From NCBI GenBank assembly GCA_963713825.1, contig CAVQNG010000014.1, forward strand, positions 64,001-128,000: a stretch of DNA of 64,000 nt, written 5' to 3'. This stretch comes from an uncultured Acidobacteriota bacterium (GTDB taxonomy: Bacteria; Acidobacteriota; Thermoanaerobaculia; Multivoradales; JAHEKO01). The position numbers and the translations under genes are program-made. Below are positions 1 through 9,731 of this stretch, piece by piece. Below the pieces are notes generated by a model. That model was not told the DNA's origin and made no database searches. It saw only the letters and a list, made by a program, of their open reading frames with translations. Positions within the stretch are counted from its first letter, which is position 1; each line of letters begins with the position of its first letter.

Positions 1-2259
1 GGCGACGCGAATACCCTGGAAACAGCCCGACGTGTCGAGGCTGTGGTCGAGGAGCTGCGGGAGAACCCCCGCCTGCAGCTCATTGAGATAGCGACTCTGT
101 TCGACCAGGGCGAGATCATCAGGGAATCGTTGGACACGATGTTCGACAGCGGCAAGGTCGGAGGGATTCTCGCCCTGCTGGTCTTGTTCTTCTTTCTGCG
201 GCGCGTTCGGATGACCCTGATCGTTACGCTGTCGATTCCGGTGAGCATCGTCATTGCTCTGACGGTGATGTATTTCGTCGGCGAGTCCCTGAACATCCTG
301 ACGCTGCTGGCGCTGATGATCTCTGTCGGTCTCCTGGTGGATAACTCGGTCGTAGTGGCCGAGAACATCTTCAGATTGCATCGCGAGGGGATGCCACGGC
401 GCCAGGCCTGCATTCAGGGCGCTGGTGAGATTGCTTTGGCGATCGTCATGGCCACCCTGACGACGATCGTGGTCTTTCTGCCGGTCTCTCTTGTCGAAGG
501 TATGGGCCAGTTTTTCCTCCTTCGGCTCTCGATCCCCATCTCCGTGGCCCTTCTGGGCTCTCTTCTGGTGGCGTTGATCTTCATTCCGCTTTTCGTCTTC
601 ATCACGCTGCCCGAAAAGGAGGCCGAAAACCACGAGAAGCCTCATCCGATGGCTATTGGCCTCAAGAAGGCCTACGACCTTACGTTCGGCAAGCTCAATT
701 ACTTCTACACCAAGACTCTGGCGTTCTTCCTGCGCCGACGGCTGGATCTCGTGCTGCTGGTGATGGCGGTGTTCGCTTTGACGGCCGCCTTGCCGATGAA
801 GCAGATCAAATTCGTCGATGTGCAAGACGAAGACCGCGGTGGCTTCGAAATCAACGTCAACTTGCCGCAAAACACCACCCTGGAAGAGGCTGAGGAGTAC
901 TTCCTGGTGGGCGAGAGTCTCATCGAGGAGATGGCGGAGGACCTGGATCTGGACGGGTGGTTCATTCAGCACCGCAGCACGTATGGGTCCTTTCAAGGAT
1001 GGTTCAAAGAGGAGCGCACCAACAAGGTCAGCCCCAAGGAGGCAATGGAACGGGTCAAGGAGCGGCTGCCGGAGAAGGCCGGTGTCAAGCTCTACACAGG
1101 GGAGGACCAACAGGGCGACGAGCGACAGGGCAAAGGCACCCATACCTTCAAGCTCGAAGGCGAGGATGCCGAGGCCCTCGAGGTGATAGCGGCCCAGCTG
1201 GAGGAGATCTTCGCTTCGGTCGAGGGTGTCGTGGGCGTGAAGAAGGTGGGGGACGACACGCCCAGCGAGATGGCTCTGGTGCTGGATCGTGAGCGCATGC
1301 AGAACCAAAACATCAACCCCATGGTGGTCTCAGCCGTTGTGGGCTACGCCTTGCGGGGTGAGACCTTGCCTCGCTACCACCAGGCTGGCAAAGAGATTCC
1401 GGTCGTCGTGCGCTTCCAGGAGGAAGACCGGGACTCCCTCGACGAGCTCAACAACTTCTGGGTACCGACCAACGATGGCGCCGCCGTGCAGTTGTCCTCG
1501 ATATCCGAGCCCCGCTATCTGGCTTCGGCGCAGCGCATCTTCCGCACCAACAAACGAACATCGAGGGAGATCACCCTGGAGCTCCGCGAGGAGGAGGAGG
1601 AGGAGACGCGGGCCCGGCTCATGGCCATGGCGAGCCTCATCGAGCTGCCTGAAGGTGTGATCTTCGGTATGGGTGAGAGCATGCTGGGCCTGAGTGAAGA
1701 CCTTCAGAACATGCTGTTTGCCGGCATCGTATCGGTGATCTTCATCTACCTGCTCATGGGTTTCCTCTTCGAGAGCTTCATTTTGCCGCTCTCCATCATC
1801 CTCACCATTCCCCTGGCCAGCTTGGGGGTCTACTGGGCTCACTTCATCTTCGGGCTGAATATCGACTTCCTGGGAGCAGTCGGGTTGATCCTCCTGGTGG
1901 GCGTCGTGGTGAACAACGGCATCGTTCTCATCGACTACGTGACGCGACTGAGGCACGCTGGGCACAGCAGGCACGAAGCCCTTCTCCTGGCGGCCGAGCG
2001 GCGCTTCCGACCCATCATGATGACCGCCCTGACCACCATCGGCGGCATGATCCCGTTGACTGTTCAGGGTGCCTCCAGCATCGGCCTGAGCTACAAGAGC
2101 TTCGGCCTGACTCTGATTGGCGGTCTGACAACGGCGACCCTGCTTACCCTCCTGGTAGTGCCCGTCTTCTACACCTTCTTCGACGACGCCCGCGCCGCGG
2201 TCAGCGGCATCGTCAAACAGGCCCTGGGCAAGCGCCGCGCTGCAGCGACCACTTCGTGA
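1..2259 (+). CDS. AcrB/AcrD/AcrF-family RND efflux permease, 5'-truncated by the window edge
   Basis: Frame open from base 1; TM motifs GLLVDNSVVVAENI, GVVVNNGIVLID, RFRPIMMTALTT. Confidence 0.95.
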   Translation, partial: GDANTLETARRVEAVVEELRENPRLQLIEIATLFDQGEIIRESLDTMFDSGKVGGILALLVLFFFLRRVRMTLIVTLSIPVSIVIALTVMYFVGESLNILTLLALMISVGLLVDNSVVVAENIFRLHREGMPRRQACIQGAGEIALAIVMATLTTIVVFLPVSLVEGMGQFFLLRLSIPISVALLGSLLVALIFIPLFVFITLPEKEAENHEKPHPMAIGLKKAYDLTFGKLNYFYTKTLAFFLRRRLDLVLLVMAVFALTAALPMKQIKFVDVQDEDRGGFEINVNLPQNTTLEEAEEYFLVGESLIEEMAEDLDLDGWFIQHRSTYGSFQGWFKEERTNKVSPKEAMERVKERLPEKAGVKLYTGEDQQGDERQGKGTHTFKLEGEDAEALEVIAAQLEEIFASVEGVVGVKKVGDDTPSEMALVLDRERMQNQNINPMVVSAVVGYALRGETLPRYHQAGKEIPVVVRFQEEDRDSLDELNNFWVPTNDGAAVQLSSISEPRYLASAQRIFRTNKRTSREITLELREEEEEETRARLMAMASLIELPEGVIFGMGESMLGLSEDLQNMLFAGIVSVIFIYLLMGFLFESFILPLSIILTIPLASLGVYWAHFIFGLNIDFLGAVGLILLVGVVVNNGIVLIDYVTRLRHAGHSRHEALLLAAERRFRPIMMTALTTIGGMIPLTVQGASSIGLSYKSFGLTLIGGLTTATLLTLLVVPVFYTFFDDARAAVSGIVKQALGKRRAAATTS

Positions 2260-2346
2260 ACCCTCCGAGGTTGGGAAGGGGCTTTCCCCCTCCTGCGGGT
2301 GACCGCGAGGGCCGCCCCCAAAATGTCAGTCGAGTGCCTGGTGGGA

Positions 2347-2787
2347 CTAGAGGTAGTCCCGGAGCTGCAAAACTCGCAGCCCGCCGACAGCCGGGATCCT
2401 TCGATCATTGGTCACAAAGGTAGTACATCCGGTTTGTAGGGCTGCAGCAATTTGCAGGGCGTCAGGAGTCTCGAGTCCTTCAAGAGCGCGGAGTTGTGCT
2501 GCCAGTCGCACAAGCGGCCGGTCGAGATCGAGCAGGAGGAGTCCGCGACTGTGGCTCAGGTGGCCCTCGTACTGCTCGGCCAATGTGAGATTGCCAGCGC
2601 GGATTGGAACGACAAGAGTCTCGAGCAGGGTGATGGTCGAAGTCACTCCGACCAACCGCTCCTCGTCCAGGGCAACGAAGATCTCCTCGACCAGTGACAA
2701 GTAAAGGGGGTGCTCTTCAATGAAGTAGATGAAGACCGCTGTGTCGAGAGCGACAGGCCCCCCATCGAGGTCGCCGATCAGTCCCAA
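2347..2787 (-). CDS. vapC: PIN-domain (VapC-type) toxin
   Basis: VALDTAVFIYFIE...TPDALQIAAA...FVTNDRR; TTG start at 2787 overlaps the antitoxin end. The ORF-track extension to 3060 is spurious. Confidence 0.88.
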   Translation of the reverse strand: MGLIGDLDGGPVALDTAVFIYFIEEHPLYLSLVEEIFVALDEERLVGVTSTITLLETLVVPIRAGNLTLAEQYEGHLSHSRGLLLLDLDRPLVRLAAQLRALEGLETPDALQIAAALQTGCTTFVTNDRRIPAVGGLRVLQLRDYL

Positions 2788-3008
2788 GAATCGCGCTCCT
2801 CGGCCACATGTCGTGCTGCATCGAGATCGACCCAGGCTGACCTTCCGAGGCCACGAAGCTCGAGAATCGAGCCTTGTTTTCTGGGCTCTAGAGTCTCGGC
2901 AAGAAGATGGATGACCTCCTGGGAGACTGAGCGGCGATCCACTTTGGCGCGCTCGCGAAGTTTCTCGTACAACTTGTCGGGGAAGTTCTTGATGTTGAGC
3001 ACAGACAT
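2778..3008 (-). CDS. FitA/Arc-like ribbon-helix-helix antitoxin
   Basis: MSVLNIKNFPDKLYEKLRERAKVDRRSVSQEV; 76 aa, directly upstream of the PIN gene. Confidence 0.88.
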   Translation of the reverse strand: MSVLNIKNFPDKLYEKLRERAKVDRRSVSQEVIHLLAETLEPRKQGSILELRGLGRSAWVDLDAARHVAEERDSWD

Positions 3009-3015
3009 GTTGTGT

Positions 3016-3041
3016 CCTCCAAAGTTCCTCCAGTTTGGAGG
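3016..3041. promoter_or_regulatory. Inverted repeat upstream of the antitoxin, probable TA operator
   Basis: CCTCCAAA-N10-TTTGGAGG, overlapping the GGAGG ribosome-binding site. Confidence 0.5.
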
Positions 3042-3227
3042 AAAGCAAAGCGAGAGTCAATTCCCTCCATTCAAGAAGACGGATTGAAAAGGAAGGTTCT
3101 CGTCATCCCTTGGCGGGTTCATAGGAGGTCAAGTCTTGGGAAGCCTCGCCTCCTCATCGACAGGCGAGTCACTTGGAGGTCGCGATTCGAGCGTAGCGCC
3201 GCAGTTGGGGCTGAGGCTGGTCCTGGC

Positions 3228-4004
3228 TCAGGGCGACCTGGAGATGCTTTCGTACCAGGCGTCGATCTGCGTATCGGGAACGAACCCGAGCTTGGCTGCC
3301 AGGCCGAGGGACCCTGGGTTGTTTTCCATGGCGCCCCAGGCGGGGATCAGACCATGGTCCGCCATGTGTCGGGCCAGGGAAAGGAAAGTCGCCGCTGCCA
3401 GGCCGCGGCGACGGTAGGGCTTGATGGTCTCGATCGAGACGTCCCACAGAGTATCGGTCGTGAAGGCGGCATAGCAGAAGGTGACTGGCAGCCCCTCGAC
3501 GATGGCGATGGCCATGGGTCTCTTGGCCACCCAGTCGAGGTTGTATTCGTACCGGGAGGTTGCGGGGACATGGTCGAACGTGAGTCCAACAGCACTATGC
3601 CCTTCGGGGAGCAGGTCGATTCTGGCATCGACGTCGAGATCGGGTCGTTCGAGCTCTCCTTCCCATCGATGCAGATGGACGCTGCTGCGTCGCCAGTCTG
3701 GCAGCGCTGCTTCCACGGCCATTCGGCTTTCCGGAGGTGCCAGGAGTTGCCACCCCTCTGGGACGTGTTGGCCCTGAGAGGCTGAACGACCGGCTTCGAC
3801 GGCTTGCCGGATGAGGCTGACCCCTGGCATTGCATGGATCGCAGCGAATGGGTAGTCCCAGGATCGGGCGACGAAGCCTCTTTCCGGCTCTGACTCGGAC
3901 CAGATGTCACAGCGCCCACTGACCAGCAGGCCCTTGAGATCGATCCACCTCGGCTCATCAGAGAGCGGCGAGGCTAGATGCGCAGGCGTTGGGGAGGGGC
4001 TCAT
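3228..4004 (-). CDS. GNAT-family N-acetyltransferase
   Basis: C-terminal SIETIKPYRRRGLA and ENNPGSLGLAAKLGF motifs. Confidence 0.85.
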   Translation of the reverse strand: MSPSPTPAHLASPLSDEPRWIDLKGLLVSGRCDIWSESEPERGFVARSWDYPFAAIHAMPGVSLIRQAVEAGRSASQGQHVPEGWQLLAPPESRMAVEAALPDWRRSSVHLHRWEGELERPDLDVDARIDLLPEGHSAVGLTFDHVPATSRYEYNLDWVAKRPMAIAIVEGLPVTFCYAAFTTDTLWDVSIETIKPYRRRGLAAATFLSLARHMADHGLIPAWGAMENNPGSLGLAAKLGFVPDTQIDAWYESISRSP

Positions 4005-4035
4005 TCCTCTGGACGGGCGGGGAAGGGCTCTGAGT

Positions 4036-4437
4036 CTAGCTGGTGAAATCCTCGATGGTGACAGTCAGTTCGGGGCACTGTCTGGCGATGGCGGCATCAC
4101 CGGTCACCAACGGTACCCCCAGATCCTGAGCCAGTGCGACGAAGTGGGCATCGTAGGCTGATATCTGTCTTTCGAGAGCGACGCTCAATACCTGGTCACC
4201 GTCTGGCTCGATCTCCTGATGGGAGAACACATCGCAGGCGGTCCACCAAACCGAAAAGGCCTGCGCTCGTTCGAGAACCCTGGCTCTGACCGCGGTGGCG
4301 AGGACATTGAGGAACTCACTGCGCCACAGGGTTGGCAGTTTCCAGTCGGGGTCCTGCTGATGGACTCGGCGAGCGGCACCCGTTCGCTCACCCTCGATGA
4401 GCAGGTAGCTGACCAGATTTGTGTCGGCAATGATCAC
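4036..4437 (-). CDS. vapC: PIN-domain (VapC-type) toxin
   Basis: MIIADTNL...SAYDAHFVALAQDLGVPLVTGD. Confidence 0.9.
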   Translation of the reverse strand: MIIADTNLVSYLLIEGERTGAARRVHQQDPDWKLPTLWRSEFLNVLATAVRARVLERAQAFSVWWTACDVFSHQEIEPDGDQVLSVALERQISAYDAHFVALAQDLGVPLVTGDAAIARQCPELTVTIEDFTS

Positions 4438-4667
4438 GGGCGGCCGCTCGTGCGAGCGCGGTCAATCAGATCCTGGGTCAAGAGCTTGGCACCCTCCACT
4501 CGGAGAGCGTCGATCTGTTCCAGAGTAGGCGGGCCTGCCGGGGTGGAGAGCGCCTGCTCGAGAAGAACGAGGGCTTCCCGGCCAAGGCTGCGACGATGTG
4601 CCTCGGCCCGCTCCTTGAGTTTGTCGTGGAGTTCTTCGGGGACATCTCTGATGAGCACTCCTGGCAT
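4434..4667 (-). CDS. FitA/Arc-like antitoxin
   Basis: MPGVLIRDVPEELHDKLKERAEAHRRSLGREAL; 4-bp overlap with the toxin; GGAG-containing purine run upstream of ATG 4667 is weak. Confidence 0.87.
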   Translation of the reverse strand: MPGVLIRDVPEELHDKLKERAEAHRRSLGREALVLLEQALSTPAGPPTLEQIDALRVEGAKLLTQDLIDRARTSGRP

Positions 4668-4788
4668 CTCGGGCGACCTCGCGTTCTTGGAATAGCGTAA
4701 TGATAGCATAATGCTTACAAGCAAACAGGCCCAGTCTTCTGCAGAGGACGGAACTTGGTGTTGCGATCTCGCAGGGCGAGGGCGGGTT

Positions 4789-5376
4789 CTAGACCGATTC
4801 CCAGGCGCAGGACACGAAGCGGCCATCGTGGGAAAGGGAGAGGTCGAAGGGAAGGGGTTGTCCTTGCCGTTGTGCTTGGGGGACCCTGTTCACCGAAACG
4901 ATCTCGATCTCACTCGGGGTGATCTCGAGAAGACCTCCGAGGGCGGAGCTGGCCAGGCGTCGGACCCGTTCCCTGAAGCCTTTCTCCAGGGACCCGGGGT
5001 CGGTTGAGGAATCCCCATCGAGGAGGAATTTCGGCTTCTCGCCGGCTTGGCTAGCGACGGCGTGCACCCACTGGTCCGAGTGATCGAGCCAAACGCTGAA
5101 TCGAGCCAGTCGATGGGTCACCTCAGCACGAGCGTCGCCAAGAATGACCTCGAAGTCGCGGGGTATGAAGCGAACCTGTGAGTCGAGCTTGCGGAGAGCC
5201 TTGAAAGCGCTTTCCTTGGTCGCCCATAGCGACCATCGCATCTGGTGGACTTTGTCTGTGGCTGCTAGTAGCGCGATCTCGCGCGCTGAGAAGGCCCGGT
5301 TGTCGAAACGAGGGTGGATCGCGTCGGGCTGGCAGAGGGGATGCCGGAGGTCGACGACGTCGTTACCGACTGGCAA
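4789..5376 (-). CDS. 4'-phosphopantetheinyl transferase (AcpS-like)
   Basis: VGNDVVDL, WATKESAFKA, LSLSHDG motifs; last gene of the fab operon. Confidence 0.9.
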   Translation of the reverse strand: MPVGNDVVDLRHPLCQPDAIHPRFDNRAFSAREIALLAATDKVHQMRWSLWATKESAFKALRKLDSQVRFIPRDFEVILGDARAEVTHRLARFSVWLDHSDQWVHAVASQAGEKPKFLLDGDSSTDPGSLEKGFRERVRRLASSALGGLLEITPSEIEIVSVNRVPQAQRQGQPLPFDLSLSHDGRFVSCAWESV

Positions 5377-6109
5377 AGTAATCCTCTTCCATCCGCGCCA
5401 GCTTGGCGACGATCTGCTGGGCCAGATCCCGCGACCGCCGCAGGCCCTCGTGCAACGATTCGGGCTGAAAGAGCTCGAAATCGACGTGGAAGGTCTCTCC
5501 CAGGGCCGGAATGGTCGACCAGGTACGCTGCCCCTCGCCGCGGAGATACACGCACAGTGCTCTGCAGTCCTCGACAGCGCTCAGGATGCGGCCCGGGCCG
5601 TGAGCGACGGAATCCGCCTGTACTCGCCCAGTTCGGCTGCGCCCGCCCTCGGCAAAGATCAATGCCGTTTCGCCGCGGGAAAGCACGTGCTGCACTCTCT
5701 TGATTACGCCGGACACCTGTTGGCGCGGGCCGCCGCGCACCACGGGGATGCACTTCGTCACCCAGGCTGCAACGCGACTGAACCAGATCGACGCGAAGTT
5801 GTTGTACTCGGGGAGATTCCAGGGCATGCGGCGGTAGTTGAAGATGTACCACCAGGATCCACCTAGCGCCCAGGCCAGGATCGCCGAGTCCACCATGGTC
5901 AAATGGTTGGCGCAGATCAGGATCGGTCCGTCGCTCTGCTTGATCATGACTCGATACCGTCTCCGAAGCTCGGCCGCGTTCTCGATGCGGTAGCGCAACA
6001 GCACGCGCAACGTGAAGACGATCGGAGGAATCCAGACGATGGACGACAACCGACCAGCCTCGCGCTGGAGAGTCAGTGCGGCACGGGTGCGAAAGGGAAG
6101 CGCGGACAC
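5363..6109 (-). CDS. PlsC-like lysophospholipid acyltransferase
   Basis: NHLTMVD (HxxxxD) and FAEGGRS motifs. Confidence 0.88.
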   Translation of the reverse strand: MSALPFRTRAALTLQREAGRLSSIVWIPPIVFTLRVLLRYRIENAAELRRRYRVMIKQSDGPILICANHLTMVDSAILAWALGGSWWYIFNYRRMPWNLPEYNNFASIWFSRVAAWVTKCIPVVRGGPRQQVSGVIKRVQHVLSRGETALIFAEGGRSRTGRVQADSVAHGPGRILSAVEDCRALCVYLRGEGQRTWSTIPALGETFHVDFELFQPESLHEGLRRSRDLAQQIVAKLARMEEDYFASR

Positions 6110-6119
6110 AACTGTTGTT

Positions 6120-6368
6120 CTAGGAGACCCTTGCAGCGATCAACTGCACGGCGTCACCCACCGTATTCACTGCGTCGGCATCCTCGTCCTCGACCTCGAT
6201 GTCGAAGGCGTCCTCGAAGTCGAGGATGATGTCGACCAAGCGGGCCGAGTTCACCTGCAGATCCTGGAGGATGTTCGTGTTCTCACCCACCGACTCGAAG
6301 GCTTCCTGGTTCTTGACGAACGGCTTGATGATCTCGATCACCTTGGCGAAAATCTCGTCTCTCGTCAT
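6120..6368 (-). CDS. Acyl carrier protein
   Basis: 82 aa, acidic; LQVNSARLVDIILDFEDAFDIEV (Ser attachment site in an NS rather than DS context). Confidence 0.93.
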   Translation of the reverse strand: MTRDEIFAKVIEIIKPFVKNQEAFESVGENTNILQDLQVNSARLVDIILDFEDAFDIEVEDEDADAVNTVGDAVQLIAARVS

Positions 6369-6392
6369 GGCTTCTTCCTGTCTCGCAGAGTG

Positions 6393-7679
6393 TTAGCCGT
6401 TCCAACGACGGAAGACTAGACACGAATTGACGTCTCCGAAGCCGAAACCGGCCTTGATGATGGTCTTCAGCTGCGGCATTTCTAGCACACTGTGGGGAAT
6501 CGAGCCAGCGAAAGCTTCGATTTCCGGATGTACATCCTCGCAGTTGAGGGATGGATGAACGAATCCTCCTGTCAGCATGAGGACGCATGCCACCGACTCC
6601 ATGCCTCCAGCGGCACCGAGCCCGTGCCCGATCATCGACTTGGTAGAGACAATCGGTGGAAAGTCCTCTGGCGAGCGACCGAGCGCTTTCGACCAAGCGT
6701 TGACCTCTCTTGGGTCGGCGCCGGTTGCTGTCAGATGCCCGTTGATCGCGTCTATCTCGCTCGGGTCGATACCCGCGTCATCGATCGCTTGGCGAATGCA
6801 GCGCTGCACTCCTGTGGGATTCGGGGCGGTCATGCTTCCGCCGCCGCGGTGGCCGCCGCAGTTGATGGCACCGCCGAGGATCTCCGCATGGATTCGAGCT
6901 CCCCGTGCTGTGGCACTCTCGAGGCTCTCCAGGTGCAGGATCCCGGCGCCGCTGCCCGGCACGAAACCGCCCGCTGAAGCGCTCATGGGCCGCGAAGCTC
7001 TCTCGGGTTCGTCGTTGAACTTGCGACAAAGCACTCGCATGGAGTCGAAGCCGCTCCAGTTGTAGTGACTGGATCCTTCGGTTCCGCCGCACAACATGCG
7101 CTTCGCCAAACCCGAACGAATGCGGTAGTACCCGTCGATGATCGCTTCGGAACCTGTGCTGCAGGCGCTCGAGTTGGACGTGACCTGGTTGCCGAGGGCC
7201 AGCAGGCCGGCGACTCGTGCAGAGACTCCGCTGCCCATGACCTGTTCCACCACCGTGCTCCCAAGCCGGCGGACGCGGCCGCTGTCGACCAGGGGCACAA
7301 TCCGCTCGCCAACAGTGTCGAGGCCCCCGATGCCGGTGCCGATGATTGCACCCACATCCCAATCGATGGCCGCATCGTCCAGCGGATCTGGTCGTTCATA
7401 GCCGGCGTCGGTCCAGGCATCCACTGCCGCGATGCAGCCGAAGCGGTGGCTCGAGTTCATCGCTTTCAGCTCGTCGGGCGCAAAGTACTGCTCGGCCAAC
7501 TCGTCCACGTCCTGGGGCACACCGGCCACCTGGCAGGCGAACTTGAGCTCGGCCAGCAGGGGAATGTGGCGAATCCCGGAGGTGCCTCTTCTCAGGGCTT
7601 GCTCATACGCTTCTGTGCCGGTGGCGTTGGGTGCCACGACGCCCAAGCCGGTGACGACGACACGGCCGCTCTCACTCAC
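6393..7679 (-). CDS. Beta-ketoacyl-ACP synthase (FabF/FabB family)
   Basis: RVVVTGLG, SSACSTG, NGHLTAT, TKSMIGH, FGFGDVN; GTG start at 7679 overlaps the fabZ stop. Confidence 0.93.
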   Translation of the reverse strand: MSESGRVVVTGLGVVAPNATGTEAYEQALRRGTSGIRHIPLLAELKFACQVAGVPQDVDELAEQYFAPDELKAMNSSHRFGCIAAVDAWTDAGYERPDPLDDAAIDWDVGAIIGTGIGGLDTVGERIVPLVDSGRVRRLGSTVVEQVMGSGVSARVAGLLALGNQVTSNSSACSTGSEAIIDGYYRIRSGLAKRMLCGGTEGSSHYNWSGFDSMRVLCRKFNDEPERASRPMSASAGGFVPGSGAGILHLESLESATARGARIHAEILGGAINCGGHRGGGSMTAPNPTGVQRCIRQAIDDAGIDPSEIDAINGHLTATGADPREVNAWSKALGRSPEDFPPIVSTKSMIGHGLGAAGGMESVACVLMLTGGFVHPSLNCEDVHPEIEAFAGSIPHSVLEMPQLKTIIKAGFGFGDVNSCLVFRRWNG

Positions 7680-8152
7680 CGCTTCACCCCCATTCCCGAA
7701 ATTGTTCCCTCGCATACCAGGGTGCCGTCTGCGAGGGTCATGCTGGCTTTCGAGCGAATCTTGCTGCGGCGCCAGAATACCTTTGTGGCCGAGATGGTCA
7801 CTTCCGTGTCCGGTGGCACCATGGCGAAGAACTCGACCTCGGCGTCGGCGAAAAGGGATACCGTCTGCTCGGCTTCCTCCAAGGTGTGATCGAGGGCGAA
7901 CAGATAGATGCCCAGTGCCACGACGCCTGCTTGACCCAGCGCTTCCAAGAGGATGACACCGGGTGTGACGGGATCGCCTGGGAAGTGTCCGCGGTAGAAG
8001 TCGGCCTCGGGTCGAAATCGATAGGTTGCGACAATGTGTTCTTCGTCGATTTCCAGAATGCGGTCCACGAAGCGGAAGGGCTCCTGCTGGGGGAGCATCT
8101 CCAGAACCTGATCCGGAGTCAGTGGGCCGAGGACTTCTGCAGAGCCCTTCAT
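7676..8152 (-). CDS. fabZ: FabZ-type 3-hydroxyacyl-ACP dehydratase
   Basis: LPQQEPFRFVD, GHFPGDPVTPGVILLEA (His/Glu pair). Confidence 0.88.
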   Translation of the reverse strand: MKGSAEVLGPLTPDQVLEMLPQQEPFRFVDRILEIDEEHIVATYRFRPEADFYRGHFPGDPVTPGVILLEALGQAGVVALGIYLFALDHTLEEAEQTVSLFADAEVEFFAMVPPDTEVTISATKVFWRRSKIRSKASMTLADGTLVCEGTISGMGVKR

Positions 8153-8739
8153 TCGCCCATCTTTCCGCCCCGAGAGTTTCTGGAGCGCCGAGGATAGTCT
8201 GGATAATCGATGTCGCGGAACATTCCCACTTTGGCCCGCTTGATCTCGTAGATCGGGTCGTCGTCGACGCAGACGGTCGCGTCACCGAGGACCACGGCTG
8301 AGCCAGAGGTCGCGAGCGTTTGGTAGCGCACGATGTCGACCTCGTACCGAACGATGCTATTGAAAGGCCGGATCTGCCCGGCGAACTCGACTTCGCCGCA
8401 GCCGAGGGCTCTACCCGAGCCAAGAGCACCTCGCCAGGCGCAGTAGAAGCCCAGAAGCTGCCAGACGGCATCGACGCCGAGGCACCCCGGCTGCACCGGG
8501 TCCCCGAGGAAGTGACACTGAAAGAACCAATCGTCGACCCGAACGTCGCGCTCTGCGACGATTCGCCCGCGGGCCCGTTTCGAGGACACCTCGACGATGC
8601 GATCGATCATAAGCATCGGCGGCAGCGGCAAACCCGTTTTGAGCTCCGGTGGGGCGTCGTCGAAGAGAGAGCCGTGTGCGATTGCCAGCACCTCCTCGTG
8701 GGAGAAGCTGGACTGGTTCTGAAATTCTTCGTACTTCAA
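8149..8739 (-). CDS. fabA: FabA-type dehydratase/isomerase
   Basis: LPLPPMLMIDRI, WFFQCHFLGDPVQPGCLGVDAVWQLLGF, GRALGCGEV (His/Asp pair); TTG start at 8739. Confidence 0.9.
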   Translation of the reverse strand: MKYEEFQNQSSFSHEEVLAIAHGSLFDDAPPELKTGLPLPPMLMIDRIVEVSSKRARGRIVAERDVRVDDWFFQCHFLGDPVQPGCLGVDAVWQLLGFYCAWRGALGSGRALGCGEVEFAGQIRPFNSIVRYEVDIVRYQTLATSGSAVVLGDATVCVDDDPIYEIKRAKVGMFRDIDYPDYPRRSRNSRGGKMGE

Positions 8740-9731
8740 GCCTGACCTCCGAACCGAAGGATGTAGCTCGACCAGGTGAGCCCCGAGCCCACACCGATGA
8801 TGGCGATGTTGTCTCCGTCCTGCCATCGGTCCCAGTTCATGGAGATGACCGATGGTGCGGCAGCCGCCCCGGTATTCCCAAACTCGACAACATTGGAGTG
8901 ATGGTGGTCGGCATCGACTCCGCAGCGCTCGCAGACTGTCTCGAGCATCCGGAGATTGGCCTGATGGCCGATGAAGTGGAGGTCATCGGCCACTTCCGGG
9001 AACGCCTTCTTGAGGTCGCGGAAGCACCGAATGGTCTTCTTGATCGCGAACATCTGGACAGTCCGCCCCTCCTGATCGAAGTGACCGAATAGCGGTGCGA
9101 TGACCTTTTCTCTTCCGGCAGGGCTCGAAGCCAGGGTATTGCCGAGAATCTCGGCTCGTCCGGGTCGGCGAGTCGAAAGGACGGCTGCGGTGGTGCCATC
9201 TCCCCACAGCACAGAGGCCGACCGGTCGGAGTAGTCGACGGTGGTTGTAAGGCTCTCAGGTGTCACCAGCAAAATGAGCTCTGGTAGGGCCTCGGGGCGC
9301 ATCATGGAGAGCATGTACAGGGCGGCCCACATACTCGTACAGGCCGAGTTGATATCGAACGCCGGGACCTCGAGCTCGAGGGCGTCGGCAATGGCGCAGG
9401 CGTCGGCCGGGGAGGACATCTCGGGCCGACTGGACCCGGCAATGACCAGGCCGATCTGATCCTTGTCGATACCGGCCCGCTGGAGGGCCATCTCGGCCGC
9501 CCTCTTGCCCGTCTCGGCATGGGAGTAGAGAGCCGCCTCGAGGGCCATGGAGGGGTCCGCATTTCGGGTGTCCCGAATGTAGTCGAGGGGCATTACGGTA
9601 CGACGAGTCTCGATTCCTACCCTCTCTTCGATCCACTCCTGGCTCGTACCGATGTCGAGCTCTTCCAGGAATCGATTGGTGATCTGGACCTCGGAATGGA
9701 AATGGCCGAGGCTGTGCAGGAACAGGCTCAT
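8736..9731 (-). CDS. fabH: 3-oxoacyl-ACP synthase III (FabH family)
   Basis: INSACTS, GHQANLR, FGNTG Cys-His-Asn triad. Confidence 0.9.
   Translation of the reverse strand: MSLFLHSLGHFHSEVQITNRFLEELDIGTSQEWIEERVGIETRRTVMPLDYIRDTRNADPSMALEAALYSHAETGKRAAEMALQRAGIDKDQIGLVIAGSSRPEMSSPADACAIADALELEVPAFDINSACTSMWAALYMLSMMRPEALPELILLVTPESLTTTVDYSDRSASVLWGDGTTAAVLSTRRPGRAEILGNTLASSPAGREKVIAPLFGHFDQEGRTVQMFAIKKTIRCFRDLKKAFPEVADDLHFIGHQANLRMLETVCERCGVDADHHHSNVVEFGNTGAAAAPSVISMNWDRWQDGDNIAIIGVGSGLTWSSYILRFGGQA

Noticed and set aside
6393-8471. 692-aa ORF as a KAS fusion protein
   Set aside because: The first 264 or so residues are an alternative frame over fabA/fabZ; the true start is GTG 7679.
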